Assembly: GCA_002269645.1 (NCBI GenBank)
Contig: NIVC01000364.1
Span: 587,471-651,470, forward strand
Length of the DNA: 64,000 nt
Origin: Macrostomum lignano
Lineage: Eukaryota
Direction: 5' to 3'
A model generated the notes under the pieces. That model saw only the letters and a list, made by a program, of their open reading frames with translations. It had not been told where the DNA came from and ran no database searches. Position 1 is the stretch's first letter. Every line of letters starts with the position of its first letter. Position numbers and translations under genes: made by a program. Shown one piece after another: positions 1 through 12,243 of this stretch.

Positions 1-148
1 TGTCATTGCTGATTTCCTAGTTTGGTCTCTACTAGTGTGCTCAACTGTGCATAGCAAAAAGCTGTGTGCACCCTAGCATGCTTAAAAAGGACAAGGAGAC
101 ATTGTCATACAACTAGTACAAGGCATTACGGCTAATTCTACCAACTCC

Positions 149-320
149 CATGTTTGGGCGCAACCTATGGATTCACTCGGCTATTTCTATTGGCAACACA
201 CACATATAAGTCGCTATTGGACAGAATAGTAGTCACGTGACTGCTCTCAGCCAATAGCGACTTACATGTGTGTGTTGCCAATAGAAACGGCTGGGTGATT
301 CCCAAGGTTGCGCATGTATG
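149..320. mobile_element. Palindromic MITE-like element (172 bp) with 8-bp target-site duplication CCAACTCC
   Basis: Nearly the whole element is an imperfect inverted repeat centred on GTCACGTGAC (232-241). It begins CAT and ends ATG. CCAACTCC flanks it at 141-148 and 321-328. Confidence 0.7.
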
Positions 321-661
321 CCAACTCCCCTGAGCAGGCATACAAGTAGGCAGATATGCATATATTATGACTTGTATTTACACTTTGCTGTGCATTGGGG
401 GATTGGCTTTCAATGACATTAATTGCATATATATAAATATTTAATAAATAACATAAATATATAAATAAATATAATAAATATATAAATACAATTCATAAGC
501 CTTAGTTAGTCAAGAATTATATTTGTGTATATTTTGAACATAGTATATATGCATGTATTAAAATAAAAACTAAGGACTACATTTTCATAATTGATAGTCG
601 TGAACAATATGAATCTGTCAAAACTTAGAATTAAGTGCACAACATTCATTTCTGTTCATTC

Positions 662-795
662 CTGAAGGAATATAAAGTAGTCGTGTTGGGCAGCGGCGGG
701 GTTGGCAAGAGCGCCCTGACTGTTAAGTTTGTGTCCGGCAATTTTGTTGAGAAATATGATCCAACTATTGAGGACTTCTACAAGAAGCAGATCAC
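662..795 (+). CDS. rap2: Rap2-like small GTPase, coding exon 1 (start unresolved: CTG at 662 or splice acceptor at 667/668)
   Basis: Missed by the ORF track. Translates (L)[44 protein letters not shown], with the G1 P-loop and the Ras/Rap effector loop YDPTIED. Donor GTGAGT at 796 is phase 2, and AC|T gives Thr in frame with exon 2. Confidence 0.9.
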
Positions 796-1037
796 GTGAG
801 TTGACAATAAATTAATTGTGACGCAGTTCCACTGTTAATAAAGCTGAGTTATTTAGGGTCGCATGGAAGGGGCTTGAGGTTTCTACCACTGTGCTATGCT
901 ATCCATTGAGCCAGCAAATCACGCAAGACTGATGTTATCACAGCTGGCATCAAGCTACATGTAGGTTTTGAACTTTTAGAGTCTTATTGTTAATTAGTCT
1001 TAAAGCTTATTAATGCCACAGCATTTCAGAAATTCAG

Positions 1038-2792
1038 GCCTTGACATCTCAACAATTCCCCCATTATGAGCCTTGACATCTCAGCAATTCCCCCCATTAT
1101 GAGCCTTGACATCTCAGCAATTCCCCCATTATGAGCCTTGACATCTCAGCAATTCCCCCCTATTATGAGCCTTGACATCTCAGCAATTCTCCCATTATGA
1201 GCCTTGACATCTCAGCAATTCCCCCAATATGAGCCTTGACATCTCAGCAATTCCCCCCATTATGAGCCTTGACATCTCAGCAATTCCCCCAATATGAGCC
1301 TTGACATCTCAGCAATTCCCCCAATATGAGCCTTGACATCTCAGCAATTCCCCCATTATGAGCCTTGACATCTCAGCAATTCCCCCATTATGAGCCTTGA
1401 CATCTCAGCAATTCCCCCATTATGAGCCTTGACATCTCAGCAATTCCCCCCATTATGAGCCTTGACATCTCAGCAATTCCCCCCATTATGAGCCTTGACA
1501 TCTCAGCAATTCCCCCCATTATGAGCCTTGACATCTCAGCAATTCCCCCATATGAGCCTTGACATCTCAACAATTCCCCCATTATGAGCCTTGACATCTC
1601 AGCAATTCCCCCATTATGAGCCTTGACATCTCAGCAATTCCCCCCTATTATGAGCCTTGACATCTCAGCAATTCCCCCTATTATGAGCCTTGACATCTCA
1701 GCAATTCCCCATTATGAGCCTTGACATCTCAGCAATTCCCCCATTATGAGCCTTGACATCTCAGCAATTCCCCCATTATGAGCCTTGACATCTCAGCAAT
1801 TCCCCCATTATGAGCCTTGACATCTCAGCAATTCCCCCATTATGAGCCTTGACATCTCAGCAATTCCCCCCTATTATGAGCCTTGACATCTCAGCAATTC
1901 TCCCATTATGAGCCTTGACATCTCAGCAATTCCCCCAATATGAGCCTTGACGTCTCAGCAATTCCCCATATTATGAGCCTTGACATCTCAGCAATTCCCC
2001 CCTATTATGAGCCTTGACATCTCAGCAATTCTCCCATTATGAGCCTTGACATCTCAGCAATTCCCCCAATATGAGCCTTGACATCTCAGCAATTCCCCCA
2101 TTATGAGCCTTGACATCTCAGCAATTCCCCCAATATGAGCCTTGACATCTCAGCAATTCCCCCCTATTATGAGCCTTGACATCTCAGCAATTCCCCCATT
2201 ATGAGCCTTGACATCTCAACAATTCCCCCCTATTATGAGCCTTGACATCTCAGCAATTCCCCCTATTATGAGCCTTGACATCTCAGCAATTCCCCATTAT
2301 GAGCCTTGACATCTCAGCAATTCCCCCATTATGAGCCTTGACATCTCAGCAATTCCCCCATTATGAGCCTTGACATCTCAGCAATTCCCCCAATATGAGC
2401 CTTGACGTCTCAGCAATTCCCCATATTATGAGCCTTGACATCTCAGCAATTCCCCCAATATGAGCCTTGACATCTCAGCAATTCCCCCATTATGAGCCTT
2501 GACATCTCAGCAATTCCCCCCATTATGAGCCTTGACATCTCAGCAATTCCCCCATTATGAGCCTTGACATCTCAGCAATTCCCCCATTATGAGCCTTGAC
2601 ATCTCAGCAATTCCCCCATTATGAGCCTTGACATCTCAGCAATTCCCCCCATTATGAGCCTTGACATCTCAGCAATTCCCCCCATTATGAGCCTTGACAT
2701 CTCAGCAATTTCCCCATTTTGAGCCTTGACATCTCAGCAATTGCCCCCATTATGAGCCTTGACATCTCAGCAATTCCCCCATTTTGAGCCTT
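1038..2792. repeat. Minisatellite, about 32-bp unit ATTATGAGCCTTGACATCTCAGCAATTCCCCC, about 55 copies, in the Rap2 intron
   Basis: Tandem units with variable C-run length, read directly. Confidence 0.95.
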
Positions 2793-2891
2793 GAGTTTTG
2801 AGCCTCACTGTATAGTTGCGCAAGACAGCCGGCCACCCAGCCACCCAAATGCTGATAATAAGGCAATTTATACCTGCCTCACTCTCCCCAG

Positions 2892-3306
2892 TGTTGACCA
2901 GCAGCCGGCAGTGCTGGAGATTCTGGACACGGCTGGCACGGAGCAGTTCGCCTCAATGCGCGATTTATACATAAAAAATGGCCAAGGCTTTGTTGTAGTC
3001 TTCAGCGTAACATCCATGCAGACGTTTCAAGATATACAGCAGTTGCGCGATCAGATTAACCGAGTCAAAGGCCAATCCAACAGTCCCATTGTGCTGGTTG
3101 GCAACAAGGCCGACCTGGCCGATTATCGTCAGGTAGCGCCGGACATGGGCGAGAGTCTCAGCCGAGCCTGGTCGTGTCCTTACCTGGAGGCCTCGGCCAA
3201 GACTGGCTACAACATTGAGGAGGTATTCCGCGTGGCCGTCGGCGAGATGAGCGCCGTAGCCAAGGCCAGGTCTGGTGGATCCGGATGCTGCTGCGCCATT
3301 CTCTGA
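2892..3306 (+). CDS. rap2: Rap2-like small GTPase, coding exon 2
   Basis: Acceptor ctctccccAG at 2890-2891. Contains LEILDTAGTEQFASMRDLYIKNGQGF (DTAGTE with the Rap-type Thr61), NKAD and EASAK motifs, and C-terminal CCCAIL CaaX box. Spliced product is about 181-182 aa. Confidence 0.93.
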
Positions 3307-3386
3307 CTGACTCTCGTGCACTCCCGTGTCTGCCTGTGCCCGCGTTGCTATGAGCTTCTTCTAGAGTGATGTAGATTATGTTTACA

Positions 3387-3692
3387 ATCGCACCTGAAGC
3401 ATTTGAGGGTGGTGTTTAGCATCGCACCTGAAGCACCTAAGGGTAGTGTTTAGCATCGCACCTGAAGTATCTGAGGGTGGTGTTTAGCATCGCACCTGAA
3501 GCACCTAAGGGTAGTGTTTAGCATCGCACCTGATGTACCTGAGGGTGGTGTTTAGCATCGCACCTGAAGCACCTGAGGGTAGTGTTTAGCATCGCACCTG
3601 AAGTACCTGAGGGTGGTGTTTAGCATCGCACCTGGTGTTTAGCATCGCACCTGAAGTATCATGGGGTGGTGTTTAGCATCGCACTTAAAGTA
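3387..3692. repeat. Minisatellite, 34-bp unit GGTGGTGTTTAGCATCGCACCTGAAGCACCTGAG, about 9 copies, just after the Rap2 stop
   Basis: TAGCATCGCAC recurs at 34-bp spacing (3417, 3451, 3485...). Confidence 0.9.
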
Positions 3693-4502
3693 CATGCTGA
3701 TCTAAATATAGATTTTTGTCTTTAGAGTGGATAGTGAGTCAAAAGTCAGTGTGCACCGCATGCAAGAAAACGTTTCAATATTGAAATTGCACAGCGTTCC
3801 ACCCTAAGCCGCATGCGCGGCAGACCGACGGTCTTTTATGCTTAAAAATGAAGCGAGCCAAGATTTGACTGGTTCGAGAGACTTGAAGCTAGTTGCTAGG
3901 GCAGTATGGCGTCAGAAAATTTCCTTCACCTGTAAGACAATCCTAACGTTGCGTGCGCATTTGATCCAGGGGCTTAAGAAGGAGCCTTGTTTGTAACTCG
4001 ATTACATTAGTACGCTTTAATTGAGTGAGTCAGTGCGACAGAATGTCTATTTCATATAATGCACTATGAGTGTACAAATAGTATTAGAATTTTTCAAGGT
4101 GCGCACATTTTCCTTAGTCATTCTATTGGAAGCTCTGATGTGCAAGAATTTCCACTGTTGTAAACGTATGTGCCTTTTAAAATTATCAAGAGTAGTACCG
4201 CTTTATAAATATCTGCCTGTCTGTCTATCAAAGCTATAGGTTGAAGCCTTCCATTCCCAAAATTGTTGGTCAAATAATTACATAATCACGTTGCATGCAT
4301 GCCTTGATTTGCTTTGTTTTATTAAATTAGTAAACTTTAATATTCATTTATGTCAGTTTGCTATCGTATAATAATGCCCTTTTACTCAATTATGTTAACC
4401 GGAGTTTCTCTCTTTTTAAGGGAGACATCCTCCAGACGATATCACGATTGGAGAATAATTAGGCTTCTGTGTTCTGTTTAGGTATGTCATGTCTCCACCA
4501 CC

Positions 4503-5655
4503 ATACTCAGTTGCTGGGCCAGCCTCCCAGAGTGTCAGTTGCTGGGCGAGCCTCCCAGAGTGTCAGTTGCTGGGCGAGCCTCCCAGATCCTCAGTTGCTG
4601 GGCGAGCCTCCCAGATCCTCAGTTGCTGGGCGAGCCTCCCAGATCCTCAGTTGCTGGGCCAGCCTCCCAGAGTGTCAGTTGCTGGGCCAGTCTCCCAGAT
4701 CCTCAGTTGCTGGGCCAGCCTCCCAGATCTTCAGTTGCTGGGCCAGCCTCCCAGAGTGTCAGTTGCTGGGCCAGTCTCCCAGATCCTCAGTTGCTGGGCC
4801 AGTCTCCCAGATCCTCAGTTGCTGGCCAGCCTCCCAGATCCTCAGTTGCTGGGCCAGCCTCCCAGAGTGTCAGTTGCTGGGCCAGTCTCCCAGATCCTCA
4901 GTTGCTGGGCCAGCCTCCCAGATCTTCAGTTGCTGGGCCAGCCTCCCAGATCCTCAATTGCTGGGCCGACCTCCCAGATCTTAGTTGCTGGGCCATCTTC
5001 CCAGATCCTCAGTTGCTTGGCCAGCCTCCCAGATCCTCAGTTACTGGGCCAGCCTCCCAGATCCTCAGTTGCTGGGCCAGCCTCCCAGAGTGTCAGTTGC
5101 TGGGCCTGCTTCCCAGATCCTCAGTTGCTGGGGCAGCTTCCCAGATCCTCAGTTACTGGGCCAGCCTCCCAGATCCTCAGTTGCTGGGCCAGCCTCCCAG
5201 AGTGTCAGTTGCTGGGCCTGCTTCCCAGATCCTCAGTTGCTGGGGCAGCTTCCCAGATCCTCAGTTGCTAGGGCAGCTTCCCAGATCCTCAGTTGCTGGG
5301 CCAGCCTCCCAGATCCTCAGTTGCTGGGCCAGCCTCCCAGAGTGTCAGTTGCTGGGCCAGCCTCCCAGATCCTCAGTTGCTGGGCCAGCCTCCCAGAGTG
5401 TCAGTTGCTGGGCCAGCTTCCCAGATCCTCAGTTGCTGGGCCAGCTTCCCAGATCCTCAGTTGCTGGGCCAGCTTCCCAGATCCTCAGTTGCTGGGCCAG
5501 CCTCCCAGATCCTCAGTTGCTGGGCCAGCCTCCCAGAGTGTCAGTTGCTGGGCCAGCTTCCCAGAGTGTCAGTTGCTGGGCCAGCCTCCCAGAGTGTCAG
5601 TTGCTGGGCCAGCTTCCCAGATCCTCAATTGCTGGGCCACCACCGTCACCTTCCC
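4503..5655. repeat. Minisatellite, 28-bp unit CCAGATCCTCAGTTGCTGGGCCAGCCTC
   Basis: Direct tandem repeat; it generates the overlapping ORFs at 4469-5689. Confidence 0.95.
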
Positions 5656-6297
5656 AGAGCATAAAAATGTAACACAATGTTCGACATAGCCTTTTAAACA
5701 GTTTTTAGCCTTACCAACAGTGAATCTTTCTCAAAGCTACCGTTTATGCCTGCCACTGTTTTTCTACGATCAATATTGTGAAAACTTGATTAATTTTTAA
5801 TTATCACCGGTTATTCTGAAAAATACTTAAGCAGGTAATTTTTTACTAAAGCTTTATTAACGTGCTCCGCTGCTTTAAACCCTGTCTATTTTTTGTTTAA
5901 AATATCTAAGCCTAAACAAAAGTCCCCGTTTTTATTGCCGCCGATCCCATTTTCCCTTCGTGCCCCTGAGATGGCTTTCTTCCATCGCTCCGCTCTCTTA
6001 CTGCACACCTGCTGATCCTGTTGCATTTCCTAAAATTATAACTGGCTATTGTTTGCCTGCGTATATATATTGCATCAGCTACTTATATTACTTACAATTA
6101 TCAATCATGTCTGTTAATAGTTTCTATAAATTAATATTTTTCTCATTCGGTTTCCTTTCTCCCACCTTTTTGCAGTCGTGGAGTTCTAGATACGAAATCT
6201 GGATTAGGAAACTCGCTAGCCAGCTTCACTTTGCAGGTCAGCTGCCTTATAAAATCAAAATTTTTGCATCAGCTCTGTCAATAGCTTTCATAATGAC

Positions 6298-6870
6298 CCT
6301 GGGGCCGATTCTAGCGCCCTCTGACACCTATTCTAGCGCCCCTGACACCTATTCTAGCGCCCCTGACACCTATTCTGGCGCTCCCCTGACACCTATTCTG
6401 GCGCCCCCTGACAACCTATTCTGGCGCCCCCTGACACCTATTCTGGCGCCCCCGACAACCTATTCTAGCGCCCCCTGACAACCGATTCTGGCGCTCCCCT
6501 GACACCTATTCTGATGTTCCCCTGACAACCTATTCTGGCGCCCCCTGACACCTATTCTGGCGCTTCCCTGACAACCGACTCTGGCGCTCCCCTGACACCT
6601 ATTCTGGCGCCCCTGACAACCTATTCTGGCGCCCCCGACAACCTATTCTGGCGCCCCCTGACAACCGACTCTGGCGCTCCCCTGACAACCGATTCTGGCG
6701 ACCCCTGACACAACCTTGCACATGCGCCCCCTAGCGCCGATTCTAGCGCCCCCTAACGTCGATTCTAGAGCCCCCTAGCGCCAATTCTAGCGCCCCCTAG
6801 CGCCGATTCTAGCGCCCCCTTAGGTCGATTCTAGAGCCCCCTAGCGCCGATTCTAGCGCCCCCTGACAGT
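6298..6870. repeat. Degenerate minisatellite, about 21-23-bp unit CTGACACCTATTCTGGCGCCCC
   Basis: Direct tandem repeat. Confidence 0.9.
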
Positions 6871-8015
6871 CCACTCTGGCATACATCGTTAATCTTTTAA
6901 TTAATTCCTGGACATAAAAGAACTTATTGAGTTTTTAACTTTCCCTCTTAAGTTTTTTCGTCTAGAACTCCTTATTGGTACTTTAAGTAGAGCGGTTTTT
7001 TTGATGAATATAAATGTCCTTTCAAGCTACTATTCGTTAAGTAGTAGCTGTAATCGGCTTCTTGAAAGTATTGTATTACAAACAAAGTAAATTAACGAAA
7101 ATATTATTTTGTAATGTATTGCATTGTCTATTAAATAATGTTATAAAATTAATTGGGTAAAAGAAAACTATTTCCATTGTAGATACTATATGGCATTGTA
7201 CATGTGCCCTCCACTGCTCCTTCCCTACTAATTAGTACAATATGGATTTATCAAAAACGCCTTATTTCAAAATGATCGATTTGCTTTTTTTTCTAACCTA
7301 GCCAGCCTACTTATCAGTAAGCTGTTTCGCGCAGTAAAATTATCTGATTTATAATTGTCAACTAAATGATCGATTATGAAGCTACTTTTTGAAATTGGCC
7401 CTTTTTAGCGTATTAAACCAGATTATGATTTCCATTCCGCAATATATAATAAAGGGCTTGTTAATAAATTTTGCCTATCTGTTTGCGTTAATTTTAACAC
7501 CACAGACCCGAAAATAAATGTGTTGAGGTTATAAGAGCCGATCAATTTCAGTACTGTATGCTTAATTAATATCGTTTATATAAAAGTAAGTTAAGCTTTA
7601 ATTTTTATCAGCTCGAAATGCCGGTTGTATATCAATATTGACTGTAATTATTACAATTTTTACTCTCACCCGCCAGTCTGTCTGCCTGTGGCTTGGATTT
7701 TTATAAATCTTCTTAAACCTTATTTATTTTGTACTGTTGGCCTGTGAATCTATTTTTATGCTATTTAATACCGATCGTTGCTATATATACTACTATAAGC
7801 TTAATTAATCGTGCGTACTATTTCTCAATAACAAATAAATTAATGAATTTGTTTTTTATATCATTTCCGATTTTGGTTCCCAGCTAATCCAGGCGCCGAG
7901 GATCATTGGTCGTTGGTTAGAGAGCTGCGAGCTAAGCATATGTTTTGATTAGTTTAACTATAAAATATTAGCAGCGCAGTTTTTCATTGTGTTTGTTGCT
8001 TCTTTAACTAATTGC

Positions 8016-10270
8016 ATCTGACACCCATTCTGCCATCTCCTGACACCCATTCTGGCAACTCCTGACACCCATTCTGGCATCTCCTGACACCCATTCTGGC
8101 AACTCCTGACACCCATTCTGGCATCTCCTGACACCAATTCTGGCATCTCCTGACACCCATTCTGGCAACTCCTGACACCCATTCTGCCATCTCCTGACAC
8201 CCATTCTGGCATCTCCTGACACCCATTCTGGCATCTCCTGACACCAATTCTGGCATCTCCTGACACCCATTCTGGCATCTCTTGACACCCATTCTGGCAT
8301 CTCCTGACACCCATTCTGGCATCTCCTGACACCAATTCTGGCATCTCCTGACACCCATTCTGGCATCTCTTGACACCCATTCTGCCATCTCCTGACACCC
8401 ATTCTGGCATCTCCTGACACCCATTCTGGCATCTCCTGACACCCATTCTGGCATCTCCTGACACTCATTCTGGCATCTCCTGACACCCATTCTGGCGACT
8501 CCTGACACCCATTCTGCCATCTCCTGACACCCATTCTGGCATCTCTTGACACCCATTCTGGCATCTGACACCCATTCTGGCATCTCCTGACACCCATCCT
8601 GGCGTCTCCTGACACCCATTCTGGCGACTCCTGACACCTATTCTGCCATCTCGTGACACTTATTCTGGCGACTCCTGACACCCATTCTGCCATTTCCTGA
8701 CACTTATTCTGGCATCTTCTGACACCCATTCTGGCATCTCCTGACACCCATTCTGGCATCTCCTGACACCCATTCTGCCATTTCCTGACACTTATTCTGG
8801 CATCTTCTGACACCCATTCTGGCATCTCCTGACACCCATTCTGGCATCTCCTGACACCCATTCTGGCATCTCCTGACACCCATTCTGGCATCTCCTGACA
8901 CCCATTCTGGCATCTCTTGACACACATTCTGGCATCTCCTGACACCCATTCTGGCGACTCCTGACACCCATTCTGGCATCTCCTGACACTCATTCTGGCA
9001 TCTCCTGACACCCATTCTGGCGACTCTTGACACCCATTCTGCCATTTCCTGACACTTATTCTGGCATCTTCTGACACCTATTCTGGCGACTCCTGACACC
9101 TAGTCTGGCGACTCCTGACACTTATTCTGGCATCTTCTGACACCCATTCTGGCATCTCCTGACACCCATTCTGGCGACTCCTGACACTTATTCTGGCATC
9201 TCCTGACACCCATTCTGCCATCTCCTGACGCTTATTCTGGCGACTCCTGACACCCATTCTGGCATCTCCTGACACCCATTCTGGCGACTCCTGACACCCA
9301 TTCTGGCGACTCCTGACACCCATTCTGGCATCTCCTGACACCCATTCTGGCGACTCCTGACACCCATTCTGGCATCTCCTGACACCCATTCTGGCATCTC
9401 CTGACACCCATTCTGGCATCTCCTGACACCCATTCTGGCATCTTCTGACACCCATTCTGGCGACTCCTGACACCCATTCTGGCATCTCCTGACACCCATT
9501 CTGGCATCTCCTGACACCCATTCTGGCATCTCCTGACACCCATTCTGGCATCTCTTGACACCCATTCTGGCATCTCCTGACACCCATTCTGGCGACTCCT
9601 GACACCCATTCTGGCATCTCCTGACACCCATTCTGGCATCTCCTGACACCCATTCTGGCATCTCTTGACACCCATTCTGGCATCTGACACCCATTCTGGC
9701 ATCTCCTGACACCCATTCTGGCGTCTCCTGACACCCATTCTGGCGACTCCTGACATCCATTCTGGCGACCCCTGACCTGACACCCATTCTGGCGACTCCT
9801 GACACCTATTCTGCCATCTCGTGACACTTATTCTGGCGACTCCTGACACCCATTCTGGCGACTCTTGACACCCATTCTGCCATTTCCTGACACTTATTCT
9901 GGCGACTCTCGACGCCTATTCTGGTGACTCCTGACACCCATTCTGGCCACTCCTGACGCCTATTCTGGTGACTCCTGACACCCATTCTGGCAACTCCTGA
10001 CACCCATTCTGGCCACTCCTGACACCCATTCTGGCGACTCCTGACACCCATTCTGGTGACTCCTGACACCCATTCTGGCGACTCCTGACACCCATTCTGG
10101 CGCCTCCGGACACCCATTCTGGCGTCTCTTGACGCCTATTCTGGTGACTCCTGACACCCATTCTGGCCACTCCTGACGCCTATTCTGGTGACTCCTGACA
10201 ACCATTCTGGCGACTCCTGACGCCTATTCTGGTGACTCCTGACACCCATTCTGGCGACTCCTGACACCAA
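8016..10270. repeat. Minisatellite, 22-bp unit CTGACACCCATTCTGGCATCTC, about 100 copies
   Basis: Direct tandem repeat; source of the many minus-strand MGVRRCQNGCQEMPEW ORFs. Confidence 0.95.
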
Positions 10271-10849
10271 TTTTGCCAGATTCTCGAGCTACCTCAAATT
10301 CCATTGATTCAGGAAACAAATAGTTAATCTGATTATTATATGGAAATCGCGAGTTACTATTACTACTGCTAGCATCTGTTAAGTTTTTTTGACCCTTACT
10401 CTCGATGTGATGTCACTCCCGAATGGAAAGATTGTTCCAATAATGGACCAGTAGGTCTTTTCTTACAATGAAGAATTTCTTTCTAAAGGCTAAAATAAAT
10501 GAAGTGTGAATTGCGAATTGCTTTGTTGGCCAACACCGAAGGCCTGAGTTGCTATCCCTGCATGTCCTATAGGCTCATTCGGGCTTCGGTCAGTTCTATA
10601 GTTGCCAGGCGGGGTCTTAAGGATTCCGCAAAAAACTTCAGTACGGATGATCAGCGATGCGCGATACAGAGGGTCAAGCATGACGACTGGAGCTCATTGT
10701 GTCCCAGTATTTGATCCTGATCTTAACTCTGTCTATATGCGCCTGGCCCTTGTTGATTGCGCAACTTGAGCTCGATTTTTCTTGTCCTATGTGTCAGACA
10801 GTGGCCGTGCCTTCTGTAGGCACTACCAACCTAGTTCTTGTCCCTTACC

Positions 10850-12243
10850 TAGACACGGCCTATACGGCTGTACCTGTGCCTGTTTACAATTAGCTAGACA
10901 CGGCCTATACGGCTGTACCTGTGCCTGTTTACAATTAGCTAGACACGGCCTATACGGCTGTACCTGTGCCTGTTTACAATTAGCTAGACACGGCCTATAC
11001 GGCTGTACCTGTGCCTGTTTACAATTAGCTAGACACGGCCTATACGGCTGTACCTGTGCCTGTTTACAATTAGCTAGACACGGCCTATACGGCTGTACCT
11101 GTGCCTGTTTACAATTAGCTAGACACTGCCTATACGGCTGTACCTGTGCCTGTTTACAATTAGCTAGACACTGCCTATACGGCTGTACCTGTGCCTGTTT
11201 ACAATTAGCTAGACACGGCCTATACGGCTGTACCTGTGCCTGTTTACAATTAGCTAGACACTGCCTATACGGCTGTACCTGTGCCTGTTTACAATTAGCT
11301 AGACACTGCCTATACGGCTGTACCTGTGCCTGTTTACAATTAGCTAGACACGGCCTATACGGCTGTACCTGTGCCTGTTTACAATTAGCTAGACACGGCC
11401 TATACGGCTGTACCTGTGCCTGTTTACAATTAGCTAGACACGGCCTATACGGCTGTACCTGTGCCTGTTTACAATTAGCTAGACACTGCCTATACGGCTG
11501 TACCTGTGCCTGTTTACAATTAGCTAGACACTGCCTATACGGCTGTACCTGTGCCTGTTTACAATTAGCTAGACACTGCCTATACGGCTGTACCTGTGCC
11601 TGTTTACAATTAGCTAGACACGGCCTATACGGCTGTACCTGTGCCTGTTTACAATTAGCTAGACACGGCCTATACGGCTGTACCTGTGCCTGTTTACAAT
11701 TAGCTAGACACTGCCTATACGGCTGTACCTGTGCCTGTTTACAATTAGCTAGACACTGCCTATACGGCTGTACCTGTGCCTGTTTACAATTAGCTAGACA
11801 CTGCCTATACGGCTGTACCTGTGCCTGTTTACAATTAGCTAGACACGGCCTATACGGCTGTACCTGTGCCTGTTTACAATTAGCTAGACACGGCCTATAC
11901 GGCTGTACCTGTGCCTGTTTACAATTAGTTAGACACGGCCTATACGGCTGTACCTGTGCCTGTTTACAATTAGCTAGACACGGCCTATACGGCTGTACCT
12001 GTGCCTGTTTACAATTAGCTAGACACTGCCTATACGGCTGTACCTGTGCCTGTTTACAATTAGCTAGACACTGCCTATACGGCTGTACCTGTGCCTGTTT
12101 ACAATTAGCTAGACACTGCCTATACGGCTGTACCTGTGCCTGTTTACAATTAGCTAGACACGGCCTATACGGCTGTACCTGTGCCTGTTTACAATTAGCT
12201 AGACACGGCCTATACGGCTGTACCTGTGCCTGTTTACAGTTAC
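10850..12243. repeat. Homogeneous 45-bp tandem array CTAGACAC(G/T)GCCTATACGGCTGTACCTGTGCCTGTTTACAATTAG, 31 copies
   Basis: Exact 45-bp period with no spacers. Confidence 0.97.

Noticed and set aside
609-665. ATG-initiated 18-codon ORF whose TGA overlaps the Rap2 CTG
   Set aside because: Out of frame with Rap2 and without homology; it would be removed if the acceptor at 667 is used.
2791-2891. N-terminal extension of the Rap ORF given in the ORF track
   Set aside because: Intronic read-through from a TTG; the real N-terminus is the exon at 662-795.
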